Shown piece after piece: positions 46,871-56,159 of a stretch of 64,000 bases of DNA (positions are counted from its first letter, which is position 1; every line of letters begins with the position of its first letter). The notes under the pieces were generated by a model. That model had not been told where the DNA came from. It saw only the letters and a list, made by a program, of their open reading frames with translations, and did not search any database. The stretch is from the NCBI GenBank assembly GCA_965552055.1, contig CBEVQO010000001.1, positions 96,001 through 160,000 of the forward strand. The letters run 5' to 3'. The DNA comes from an uncultured bacterium (lineage in GTDB: Bacteria > Hydrothermota > UBA3073 > NMUJ01 > CBEVQO01). The position numbers and the translations under genes are program-made.

Positions 46871-48003
46871 AGAGGATAGTTGTAATGGGTTCAACGGGTA
46901 CTGTGGGAAAATTGACACTTGAAGTTGTGAAAAATTTAAAAGACTTTGAGGTAGTGGGCTTAATTACTTACAGGAATGTTGATGCTCTTCTTGAGCAATA
47001 CAAGTTTTTTCGTCCCGGTTTTTTATGTGTGATAGATAAAAAAGCATTTGAAAAAATAAAGGATATAGATGCGAATGTTTATGCAGGTAAGGAAGGAGTT
47101 TTATCTGCGATAGATGAACATGATTTTGATATCGTTGTAAATGCACTTTCAGGTACTGTTTCGGTGGAGCCCACTTTAAAAGCAATAAAAAAGAAGAAAA
47201 GAATTGCGATTTCAAATAAAGAGATAATAGTTGCTTATGGCGAAATAATAATGAGAGAGGCTCAAAAGGAAAATGTTGAAATAATTCCCGTGGACAGCGA
47301 ACATTCTGCTATCTTCCAGTGTTTATACGGTAGGAGGAAAGAAGATGTGAAAAAGGTTATTTTAACAGCTTCAGGTGGACCTTTTTTCCGTGAAGGACTC
47401 AGAGAAGATATAACCCCTGAAGAAGCGCTTTCGCATCCTGTCTGGAAAATGGGGAAAAAGATAACAATAGACTCCGCTACACTTATGAATAAAGCGCTTG
47501 AAATAATAGAAGCAAATAGATTATTTTCACTCCCTCACAATAAAATTAAAGTGTTGATTCATCCCCAGGCTGTAATCCATTCTTTTGTGGAATTTATCGA
47601 TAATTCCGTTTTAGCACAGCTATCCTATCCCGATATGCGATTACCCATACAATATGCTTTGACGCATCCAAAAAGAGAGATTTCACTCGCTAAATCGCTT
47701 GATTTTTCAAAAATCAAAAATCTTGAATTTTATGAACCTGACACCGATAAGTTTCCTGCCCTTAACCTCGCGTATTACGCGCTTAAAGAAGGCGGGACTA
47801 TGCCAGCAGTGTTAAATACGGCAGATGAAGTTTGTGTGAGAGCATTTTTGCAAAGAAAAATTAAAATAACGGATATCACAAAAATAGTGGAAAAAATAAT
47901 GCAAAAGCATAAGACTATAAAAAATCCAGGTCTTGAAGATATTAAAGAAGCTGAAAAATGGACAGAAATTGAGGCAAAGAAAGAGATAGAAAAATGTTCA
48001 TAA
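46867..48003 (+). CDS. dxr: 1-deoxy-D-xylulose-5-phosphate reductoisomerase
   Basis: GSTGTVG, PVDSEHSAIFQ, LTASGGPF, W.MG.KITIDSATLMNK, PDMRLPI. Confidence 0.96.
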   Translation: MKRIVVMGSTGTVGKLTLEVVKNLKDFEVVGLITYRNVDALLEQYKFFRPGFLCVIDKKAFEKIKDIDANVYAGKEGVLSAIDEHDFDIVVNALSGTVSVEPTLKAIKKKKRIAISNKEIIVAYGEIIMREAQKENVEIIPVDSEHSAIFQCLYGRRKEDVKKVILTASGGPFFREGLREDITPEEALSHPVWKMGKKITIDSATLMNKALEIIEANRLFSLPHNKIKVLIHPQAVIHSFVEFIDNSVLAQLSYPDMRLPIQYALTHPKREISLAKSLDFSKIKNLEFYEPDTDKFPALNLAYYALKEGGTMPAVLNTADEVCVRAFLQRKIKITDITKIVEKIMQKHKTIKNPGLEDIKEAEKWTEIEAKKEIEKCS

Positions 48004-49256
48004 TATTTTTAATAATTACGATTGTGAGTATAGGTTTTTTGATTCTGGTGCATGAATTTGGTCATTACCTTGTTGCGAAATTATCGGGGATAAAAGTAGA
48101 GACATTTTCGATAGGATTTGGACCTTCGATTCTTCAATTTGAAAAAGGCGAAACTTTATATAAAATCGGGTTAGTTCCTCTTGGTGGTTATGTAAAGCTA
48201 TCCGGGTTAAATCCCTCTGAAAAGAGAGGAGAATCCTATGAATTTCGTTCGAAGCCTTATTATGTTAGATTCCTGACAGTGCTGGCTGGTCCTTTATTCA
48301 ATGTGCTTGCGAGTATTTTTGTGCTTATTATACTTTATTCTTTCGTTGGAGTTTCTACATTCTCTGGAAGACAGGTTAAATCCTCTAAGACAGGCAAATT
48401 GAAATACGGAGACGAAATAATTGAAGTGGATGGTAAAAAAGTAGAAGACTGGTACGATGTTGAATTTTATCTCCATGATGATGAGAGTTCTTTTGTCAAA
48501 GTAATAAGGGATAGCGATACCATTGGGCTTTTTCTTTACAGGGACAAAGGCGATTATGATATTTCGCCGCTTATACCTGTTGTTATTGGGCGTGTTTTTG
48601 GTGAGCCTGCTTTGAAAGCTGGTTTAAAAAGCGGGGCAAAGATTTTGAAGGTCGGGGATAAGGAGATAAAGGACTATATGGATTTCAGGGATATTATAAT
48701 AAAAAATCCGGGTGAAACTTTAACTGTTATCTTTGAGAAAGGAAGAATCTGCACAACACAACTGGTTGTGGGCAGGAAAAAGATTCTTGAAGATAACACC
48801 GAAAAGGAAATAGGATTCATCGGTATATCCGTAGCGGTGTCAAAGAAGAAATTTGGCTTAATGGGTATTAAGAAATCTGTAGAAGTTACATTTTCCACAA
48901 TTGTATTAACTTTGAAGGTTCTTTACAAGCTTTTAAAAGGCGATATCTCGAGGAAGGCGCTAGGAGGACCCATTAGTGTTTTTCATACGGTTTTTGAGAG
49001 TGCTAAAATTGGTATAGATTATTTATTGACTATAATTGCATTTATTTCAATTCAATTGTTTATTTTAAATCTTTTGCCAATTCCTCCGCTTGATGGTGGT
49101 TATCTTTTTATCTTTTTATTCGAGAAAATAAGAAGGAAGGAGGTAACAGAAAAGGGCATGCAAATTGTCCAGCTTATAGGTCTTTCTCTTCTTATAATGC
49201 TTGTTTTGTTTGCAACGATGAACGACATTGCAAGATTTATGGGGAGGGTAAAATGA
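47994..49256 (+). CDS. rseP: RIP metalloprotease RseP with PDZ domains
   Basis: HEFGH, PLGGYVK, AGPLFN, NLLPIPPLDGG. Confidence 0.95.
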   Translation: MFIIFLIITIVSIGFLILVHEFGHYLVAKLSGIKVETFSIGFGPSILQFEKGETLYKIGLVPLGGYVKLSGLNPSEKRGESYEFRSKPYYVRFLTVLAGPLFNVLASIFVLIILYSFVGVSTFSGRQVKSSKTGKLKYGDEIIEVDGKKVEDWYDVEFYLHDDESSFVKVIRDSDTIGLFLYRDKGDYDISPLIPVVIGRVFGEPALKAGLKSGAKILKVGDKEIKDYMDFRDIIIKNPGETLTVIFEKGRICTTQLVVGRKKILEDNTEKEIGFIGISVAVSKKKFGLMGIKKSVEVTFSTIVLTLKVLYKLLKGDISRKALGGPISVFHTVFESAKIGIDYLLTIIAFISIQLFILNLLPIPPLDGGYLFIFLFEKIRRKEVTEKGMQIVQLIGLSLLIMLVLFATMNDIARFMGRVK

Positions 49257-49747
49257 AAATTTGCGTAATATCGGATACTCATGATAATCTATATGCTGTG
49301 GACGGCTTTGCGGAAAAAGTCAGGGGGAAGGTAGAGCTCATCCTGCACGCAGGTGATATTGTGGCACCTTTTGTCGTTAAGTCACTTAAGAAGGCGAATT
49401 GCAAGGTAATAGCGGTTTACGGCAATAATGATGGTGATAAATTACTGCTCAAGAAGAAATTCGAAGAGTCGGGTTTTGAGATTCATCCTCCTCCTCATAT
49501 CTTTGAAATAGGTGGCAAAAAGGTTCTTCTGATGCATTTTCCCGATTTTGTTGAAGAGATTGCGCACTCAGGTGAATTTGATTTAATAATTTATGGTCAT
49601 ACACATAAAGTAGATGTGCGTAAAATTGGTAATACCCTTATATTAAATCCCGGGGAACTGGGTGGCTGGTTGTCAGGCAAAAATACATATTGTTTGCTTG
49701 ACATTTCAACAATGTCATATAAAATAGAAGAAATAAGGAGGGGGTGA
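49253..49747 (+). CDS. YfcE/MJ0936-family metallophosphoesterase
   Basis: ISDTHDN, HAGD, GNND, GHTH, NPGE. Confidence 0.92.
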   Translation: MKICVISDTHDNLYAVDGFAEKVRGKVELILHAGDIVAPFVVKSLKKANCKVIAVYGNNDGDKLLLKKKFEESGFEIHPPPHIFEIGGKKVLLMHFPDFVEEIAHSGEFDLIIYGHTHKVDVRKIGNTLILNPGELGGWLSGKNTYCLLDISTMSYKIEEIRRG

Positions 49748-49980
49748 TGCCGACATTGGCGTTTGTGCTAATAAAAACAAAGGTGGGTAAGACAGGTAAA
49801 GTGCTGGAAGACCTGAAACAAATGAAAGAAGTGGTGGAATGCTACATGGTAACAGGTGTGTACGACATAGTTGCGAAAATAGAAGCTCCCGACCTCGAGT
49901 CACTCGGCAGAATAGTGGCTGATAAAATGCACGAAATGGAAGGAGTAACATCTACGGTGACATGTCTGGTAATTAGATGA
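49747..49980 (+). CDS. Stand-alone Lrp/AsnC ligand-binding domain protein (second copy)
   Basis: AFVLIK...VTGVYDIVAKIEA...GVTSTVT; no HTH. Confidence 0.88.
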   Translation: MPTLAFVLIKTKVGKTGKVLEDLKQMKEVVECYMVTGVYDIVAKIEAPDLESLGRIVADKMHEMEGVTSTVTCLVIR

Positions 49981-50921
49981 AAATAGAGGAAATATGTGAA
50001 CTGCAAAATAAAATAATAAGAGAACTCGAAAGATATTGTAATGGATACGAAAAAAACTTCGATAAATATTCTTTTAGACGATTATCTGGTTTACTGAAAA
50101 ACCTTAAGGGAGAAAGGGAAGAGTTAAAGCTAAAATTATGTGAATTCAACAAATACCCTGCTTTTTATAAATACTTTCTTTTGAAAATAAAAAAATATGT
50201 TGAGCAATTTTTAAAGGATTATGTAAAAGCTGTGATAGTGCATGGTAGTTTAGCGACACTTGATTTTACGGAATATAGTGATGCAGATATTTTAATGATT
50301 TTGAAAGATGAAGTAATAATGTCTGACTCAATAAAATATTTTCGTAAACATTTACAGAATTTGCTGAGAATAATATATCAATTTGATGCTTTACAGCATC
50401 ATGGTATTTTTATTTTGCCAGAAATTTATCTTGAATTCTATCCCGAAGAATATTTGCCTGTCGATACTTTAAAACACTCCGTGCTTTTGTATCCCAAAGA
50501 ATTGACGCTTTTTATTAAAAAAAGATTTTATAAGAAAATATCCGAAAAGAGATTTAAAGATGTTATTAATTTTTTGATAAATAGTCCTTTGCCTGCAGAT
50601 ATGTATAATGAAAAGAGATTTCTGAGTGCTTTTTTCCTTTTGCCTGCGCTTTACCTGAGTTGCAAAAATAAATTGATGTATAAGAAGTATTCCTTTGATG
50701 AGATAAAGAATTACTTACCGGCCGGGATATTTAAAAATGTGTCGACAGTGAGGGAAAGATGGAGAAGGTTAAGGCTACCCTGGATTTTGAGTTTATTACC
50801 TGTTAAATTTTTACCAAAGATTATACATCTGTATAGAAAAAGACAGGGTAAAGTTTTTATTTACAGGGGGATAAAGAAATATGTTGCTTTACATTTTCAC
50901 GATTGCATTAATAACGATTAG
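49977..50921 (+). CDS. Pol-beta-superfamily nucleotidyltransferase-domain protein
   Basis: IVHGSLATLDFTEYSDADIL (hGS-x9-DxD) plus DALQHHG motif. Confidence 0.72.
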   Translation: MKIEEICELQNKIIRELERYCNGYEKNFDKYSFRRLSGLLKNLKGEREELKLKLCEFNKYPAFYKYFLLKIKKYVEQFLKDYVKAVIVHGSLATLDFTEYSDADILMILKDEVIMSDSIKYFRKHLQNLLRIIYQFDALQHHGIFILPEIYLEFYPEEYLPVDTLKHSVLLYPKELTLFIKKRFYKKISEKRFKDVINFLINSPLPADMYNEKRFLSAFFLLPALYLSCKNKLMYKKYSFDEIKNYLPAGIFKNVSTVRERWRRLRLPWILSLLPVKFLPKIIHLYRKRQGKVFIYRGIKKYVALHFHDCINND

Positions 50922-52212
50922 ATTTTTCACAGATACCCTTAAAATCGCTCCTCTACTGTTAAGATTTACAGATGTTTTGTTTCTAATTCCTTTTATTTTG
51001 TATTTCCTTTATCGGAAAATATGGGCAGGAGATAAACTTGAGGGCAGTGGTTTGTGGCTTTATCGCGGGATTCTGGTTTTTGCGGTTATCAGTGTAATAT
51101 CAGGGCTGTTAAATCTTTCGAGGATAAGATTGTATCCTGCGATTTTCTTTTTGTTCTTAACAACCGTTCCCTTTTTTTATTCTTTTTTAATATTGAATTC
51201 TTTTGATTATCATGTACTTGAGAAGAATTTTAAACTACTTTTATTTCTTGGCATATTGCAGATACCTGCTGGTCTTCTGGAATTTGCATATTTTGGTCCG
51301 CATGCCGATTTAATATCTGGCACATTTGGTGGCAATTGTTATCAGATGAATTTTTTCCTTTTTATTACCCTATGTGGTTTGCTTTCGTTGATTTCGATGA
51401 ATAAGAGATACTGGTATTATTTTCTCCTTTTCCCTCCTGCACTTTTTATCATATTGATGTCAGGCTTCAGGTCGATATGGGTTTTTTTCTTTATCATTAT
51501 AATAATTATAACATGCATAACAGCGTGGCATACAAGGACAAAAGTTATAGCCGTTCCGGCATTGGTGGCATTTATCGTTATAGGATTTACCATTTTTAAT
51601 TTAAAGCTCCCTGAAGCAAGGGGAAGGGATGTAGTATTCATTTTGAAGAATCCTTCAATAATACTGGAGTTCGGGAAAATAAGAGCTTTTTTAAATTTGT
51701 TTAAGATGTATAGTGATAATGCGAAGTGGCTGTTATTCGGGACAGGTCCCGGCTGTTATAATAGCAGAGCTTTCTGGATATTCTATCATTATGCCAAATC
51801 TATGAGGATTTTTCCAGTAATTGGTCCAACGGATGTTGCTCTGAAGTATGTTCTTCCGATATGGAGCACATCATTGTTATTTGTGAAATTTGGTTCTGCT
51901 ACAATTACCACTCCATGGTCAAGTTTCATCGGAATACCAGGGGAAGTGGGGATTACAGGTGCTTTGCTTTTCTTTTTCCTTTATATAAGAATTACTCACT
52001 TTGTATGGAAATGTCAAAGGTATGCTCTTAAAATAAGGGATGAGAATCTTTTTACTTTATCAACGATGGCGTTCGCAGGTATGCTCACTATCTGGTGTAT
52101 GGCAACACTCGGTAACTGGTTTGAATCAACAAGGGTTATGTTGATAGAATGGCTTTTAATTACACATTTAATAGCTGCAAAAAATAGAGGATTAATAAAA
52201 ATAAAATGCTGA
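50881..52212 (+). CDS. Polytopic membrane protein, Wzy/O-antigen-ligase-like
   Basis: About 11-12 hydrophobic segments; SGTFG, SGFRS, LFGTGPG, GEVGITG resemble Wzy_C proteins. Confidence 0.65.
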   Translation: MLLYIFTIALITIRFFTDTLKIAPLLLRFTDVLFLIPFILYFLYRKIWAGDKLEGSGLWLYRGILVFAVISVISGLLNLSRIRLYPAIFFLFLTTVPFFYSFLILNSFDYHVLEKNFKLLLFLGILQIPAGLLEFAYFGPHADLISGTFGGNCYQMNFFLFITLCGLLSLISMNKRYWYYFLLFPPALFIILMSGFRSIWVFFFIIIIIITCITAWHTRTKVIAVPALVAFIVIGFTIFNLKLPEARGRDVVFILKNPSIILEFGKIRAFLNLFKMYSDNAKWLLFGTGPGCYNSRAFWIFYHYAKSMRIFPVIGPTDVALKYVLPIWSTSLLFVKFGSATITTPWSSFIGIPGEVGITGALLFFFLYIRITHFVWKCQRYALKIRDENLFTLSTMAFAGMLTIWCMATLGNWFESTRVMLIEWLLITHLIAAKNRGLIKIKC

Positions 52213-53171
52213 ATTATAAATTTAAAAATTTACCGCTAAAAATCGAAATGATTAAATACCGGCAATTGAGAGAAAAGATTATCGATTATTATTCTAAAAA
52301 AGATTGGGTATATGCTATTTACGAATATGGCAAAATACGAAATCCCGGAATATCCGATTTAGATATCCTTATTGTTACATACGAGAAAATACGAAAAGAA
52401 GAGATAAAAATATTTGGGGATGAAATTTTGCTTCATCAACCAGCGATTATGAATATTGAAGTATTTAAAAATTTCGGTAAGTTCTTTGATGTCCCCGATT
52501 TAAATTTGCTTTATGGAAAGCAATGTGAAGTCCAAAAATCACCGGAAGAAATAAAGAAAAAGATTGCTCTTGAGTTTTTAATTTATTCTGTTTTTAGAAT
52601 ACTCAATATGAAACATTCAAAAACAATAAAAGTGCGACAATTTTTATGCGAAGTTTTTTCTTTGAAGAGAGATTTTGCAATTTTCAATCTTAAGGATTCT
52701 AAGTTTTTGTCCTTTATTGAGAAAGTTAAAAAATTAAGGGATAATTGGTGGAAGCTGGAAGAGCCGTTAAAAGAGTTAATACAAATTTTTGAAGAGAGTT
52801 TATATATCCTCATGCAGGTTTTAAATTTTATAAGTCGAAAAGAAAATTGGACTGGAATTAAAGAAAAAGAAATAGAATTTGGTTATCCATTTCATATTGT
52901 GAAATTTAAAAATATAAAGCGAATTTATGTGAAACGATCTTTTAGGGATTTTTTTATTTTATATTTACCTCTGTCTTTGTTAAATTACTTTGAATTGAAA
53001 GGAAAAATAGCGAAAAATTTTAAGCAGATAGTAAATGATTATAAATCATGGCTTATTGTGAATGATATCACTCAATTTGGTTTTCTACCGCCTTCGCTTC
53101 GTTTTTACGGTTTGAAGCATAAATTTATAAGAATTTTGCGAAAAGCGGTGCAAGTACCAGAGATATTATAG
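52206..53171 (+). CDS. Second, unrelated nucleotidyltransferase-fold protein
   Basis: AIYEYGKIRNPGISDLDILIV (G..PGISDLD); no obvious similarity to the 49977 ORF beyond DxD. Confidence 0.65.
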   Translation: MLNYKFKNLPLKIEMIKYRQLREKIIDYYSKKDWVYAIYEYGKIRNPGISDLDILIVTYEKIRKEEIKIFGDEILLHQPAIMNIEVFKNFGKFFDVPDLNLLYGKQCEVQKSPEEIKKKIALEFLIYSVFRILNMKHSKTIKVRQFLCEVFSLKRDFAIFNLKDSKFLSFIEKVKKLRDNWWKLEEPLKELIQIFEESLYILMQVLNFISRKENWTGIKEKEIEFGYPFHIVKFKNIKRIYVKRSFRDFFILYLPLSLLNYFELKGKIAKNFKQIVNDYKSWLIVNDITQFGFLPPSLRFYGLKHKFIRILRKAVQVPEIL

Positions 53172-55119
53172 ACATCAATTTTATTAAAATATTTAATGAA
53201 GGTCCCATTGCGTCTTTCAGAGGGTCGCCGAAAGTATCGCCTATTACCGCGGATTTGTGAGCTTCTGTTCCTTTACCTCCGAAATGCCCTTCTTCTATGT
53301 ATTTTTTGGCATTGTCAAGAGCAGCTCCTGTATTCGCCGTTTGAATACCAAGTTGCAGACCGGTTACAAGAGCTCCCATAAGAAGACCTGCCACAGATGA
53401 TGGACCCAGCAATAAACCTATTGCTACGGGCATCACAATTGCTATTACACCGGGCAATATCATACGCTTTAAAGCATTACGGGCGATTATATCAACACAG
53501 GTTTTATAATCGGGCAAAGCTTTTCCTTCAAATAGACCCGGGATTTCTCTGAATTGCCTTCTTACTTCGTCAATAACCTTAAATGCAACTTTACTCACAC
53601 CTGAACCTACAAGAGAGGAGAATAAAAATGGTATCATACCGCCCACAATTAAACCACAAATCAAAGCTGGGTCTGTTAACGATAATTTGAAATCAGGTGA
53701 ATATTTCTTCATGGTGCTTATATATGCACTGATTAATCCAAGTGCTGCAAAGGCAGCTGAACCGATTGCGAATCCTTTTCCTATAGCTGCTGTTGTATTG
53801 CCAACGGCATCAAGTTTATCTGTTGTAGCCCGCACTTCCGGAGGTAAGCCAGCCATCTCTGCGATACCACCTGCGTTATCAGCAACAGGTCCGTAAGAGT
53901 CAACAGCAAGGGTTATACCAAGAATTGATAACATACCAAAAGACGCAAGTGCTACACCATACATCCCTATTAATTTATAAGAAATAAATACAGCTGCAAC
54001 TATTGTTATTACGGGTAGCAAAGTGCTTCCCATTCCAAGTGCCATACCCTGCACGATTGTAACAGCAGGTCCGCTTTGGGCATAAGACGCAAGATTACGG
54101 GTTGGTTTGTATTTATTAGATGTGTAAAATTCACTAACCCAGCCAATAACCAGTCCCGCAATTAATCCGCTTATTAAAGGAATAAAACCTTTTAAGCCAA
54201 AACCAAGTTTCTTTGTGATAAAATAACCGCTGATTATCATTAAAATTGATGCTACATATACTCCCAGATTTAAATTGTTTTGTGGGTCCTGCAGAGGTGC
54301 GAGTTTTACAATGATACATCCTATTATTGAGGCTATAAGCCCGGCAGCTGCCAGATAAAAGGGCAAGGAAATGCCTTTTTCACCGAGTATCCCAGCTGTT
54401 GCAGATATTGCAACTGTTGCTATTATCGATTCAACATAGGATTCCAGAAGGTCTGCTCCAAGTCCTGCTACATCGCCCACATTATCTCCGACATTATCTG
54501 CGATGACAGCGGGGTTTCTTGGGTCATCTTCGGGGATGCCTTTTTCGACTTTGCCAACGAGGTCTGCTCCCATATCTGCTGCTTTCGTGAATGTTCCGCC
54601 GCCAACACGGGCAAAAAGAGCAACAAGAGAAGCTCCCATGGCATAACCATTTACTGCGGTGATTTCGCCTTTAAAAATTATCCAAACAAGAGCAAGTCCA
54701 AGAAGAGCGATTCCACAGATGGATAAACCTGTGCTACTTCCACCTGTAAAGGATATAGAAAGAGCACGCTTGAGTCCATGGCGCGCCGCTTCAGCTGTGC
54801 GCGCATTCGAGCGTGTAGATATAAACATTGAAATAAAGGAAGCAAGAGTAGACGCACATGCACCTATTACAAAAGCAATGGCTGTTTTCCAGTTTACTTC
54901 TGTCCATCTTCCGATAAGCGTGAATACACATGCGATTATTGCAACGATTAATGCTATAACCGTAAATTCTCTGCGCAGGAATGTATTTGCTCCTTCCTGT
55001 ATTGCACGAGATAGCATTTGCATTTTTTCTGTCCCCTTTGGATATCTAAAAGCAGTTATTGTGAAAATTACTACAGTAACCAACGCCAATAATGCCGATA
55101 TTACAATTGCTTTTATCAT
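53125..55119 (-). CDS. hppA: Membrane-integral pyrophosphatase, K+-dependent, probably Na+-translocating
   Basis: ADMGADLVGKVE, EDDPRN, DNVGDNVGD, YGPVADNAGG, GNTTAAIGKG (Ala, the K+-dependent type), GDPLKD. Confidence 0.96.
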   Translation of the reverse strand: MIKAIVISALLALVTVVIFTITAFRYPKGTEKMQMLSRAIQEGANTFLRREFTVIALIVAIIACVFTLIGRWTEVNWKTAIAFVIGACASTLASFISMFISTRSNARTAEAARHGLKRALSISFTGGSSTGLSICGIALLGLALVWIIFKGEITAVNGYAMGASLVALFARVGGGTFTKAADMGADLVGKVEKGIPEDDPRNPAVIADNVGDNVGDVAGLGADLLESYVESIIATVAISATAGILGEKGISLPFYLAAAGLIASIIGCIIVKLAPLQDPQNNLNLGVYVASILMIISGYFITKKLGFGLKGFIPLISGLIAGLVIGWVSEFYTSNKYKPTRNLASYAQSGPAVTIVQGMALGMGSTLLPVITIVAAVFISYKLIGMYGVALASFGMLSILGITLAVDSYGPVADNAGGIAEMAGLPPEVRATTDKLDAVGNTTAAIGKGFAIGSAAFAALGLISAYISTMKKYSPDFKLSLTDPALICGLIVGGMIPFLFSSLVGSGVSKVAFKVIDEVRRQFREIPGLFEGKALPDYKTCVDIIARNALKRMILPGVIAIVMPVAIGLLLGPSSVAGLLMGALVTGLQLGIQTANTGAALDNAKKYIEEGHFGGKGTEAHKSAVIGDTFGDPLKDAMGPSLNILIKLMSIISLVLAPLFAKFL

Positions 55120-56159
55120 AACTCCCTCCTTATTATAAAATCACTGAATTCACAGAGAAAATCTTTTGCCTCTTTTTTAATCTTTAAATCAATGAGTATT
55201 TTTTTGGCTTTTTGTGCGAATTCTTTAGCTTTCTCTTTACAATAAGAGAGTGCGCCTGTTCTTTTGTAAATTTCTCTCACTTTGTTTATATCTTCTTCTT
55301 TTACTTTTCCTTTTCCGATAGTTTTTCTGAGGAAAGCTTTTTCCTCTTCTGTTGCATTTTGCAATGCATATATTAATAAAAGTGTTTTTTTACCTTCTTT
55401 TATATCGGAATCTGCGGGTTTACCTGTCAATGCAGGATTGCCGAATGTCCCGAGAATATCATCCTGTATTTGAAAAGCTTTTCCCAGTTCTTTACCAAAT
55501 TTCCTGAAACCTGTGATTATTTCTTCTTCTGCATCACCAAGGATTGCACCCATTACAAGCGGTAACTCAACAGTATAACTTGCTGTCTTTAATTCTACCA
55601 TTTTAAAAAATTCTTCTTCTGTTGCTTCTTCTTTCTTTTGCAAAATTATATCCGCAAGTTCGCCAAAAAAACATTTTTCTTTTGCTGTCAGAAGCTCTTT
55701 CAATGCTTTTTCCTTTCTATCAGCTGGAAAATCGCTATCTATGAGTGCTTTTATCCCGAGATTGAATAAAACATCACCTCCTATTATTCCGGCAGATATT
55801 CCAAGGTGCTTATCTATCAGCCTTTCTCCCATTAAAATATGGAAAGAAGGAGCTCCTCTTCTTTTTTCATCTCTATCTATGATATCGTCATGCATTAAAA
55901 CAAATGCTTCGATTAATTCAATTGATAAAGATGCTTTTATTATTTCTTCGTTTTCACCGTTAACTGCCTGATATCCTGTAATAAAAAGAATCGGGCGTAA
56001 TCTTTTGCCACCACGAAGGATAAAATTTTTTAATTCATCTACAAAAAAATTTAAATTCCTGTTAAAAAATTTTTCGGTTTTTAAGTTTTGCGATAAAAAA
56101 ATTAAAAGTTCTTTTTCGATTTTTTCTTTTAAGGATTTAATCTTTTTTTCAAAGTCCAT
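55116..56159 (-). CDS. Short-chain polyprenyl (GGPP-type) diphosphate synthase
   Basis: GGKRLRP, FARM FVLMHDDIID..RRG with Phe at -5, KTASY, SARM FQIQDDILG, DIKEGKKT. Confidence 0.92.
   Translation of the reverse strand: MDFEKKIKSLKEKIEKELLIFLSQNLKTEKFFNRNLNFFVDELKNFILRGGKRLRPILFITGYQAVNGENEEIIKASLSIELIEAFVLMHDDIIDRDEKRRGAPSFHILMGERLIDKHLGISAGIIGGDVLFNLGIKALIDSDFPADRKEKALKELLTAKEKCFFGELADIILQKKEEATEEEFFKMVELKTASYTVELPLVMGAILGDAEEEIITGFRKFGKELGKAFQIQDDILGTFGNPALTGKPADSDIKEGKKTLLLIYALQNATEEEKAFLRKTIGKGKVKEEDINKVREIYKRTGALSYCKEKAKEFAQKAKKILIDLKIKKEAKDFLCEFSDFIIRREL

Noticed and set aside
49977..53171. CBASS (CD-NTase plus TM effector) interpretation of the NTase cassette
   Set aside because: The membrane protein has about 12 TMs with Wzy_C-like motifs rather than a 2-4 TM Cap effector, and I recognise no CD-NTase-specific features; kept only as a minor alternative.
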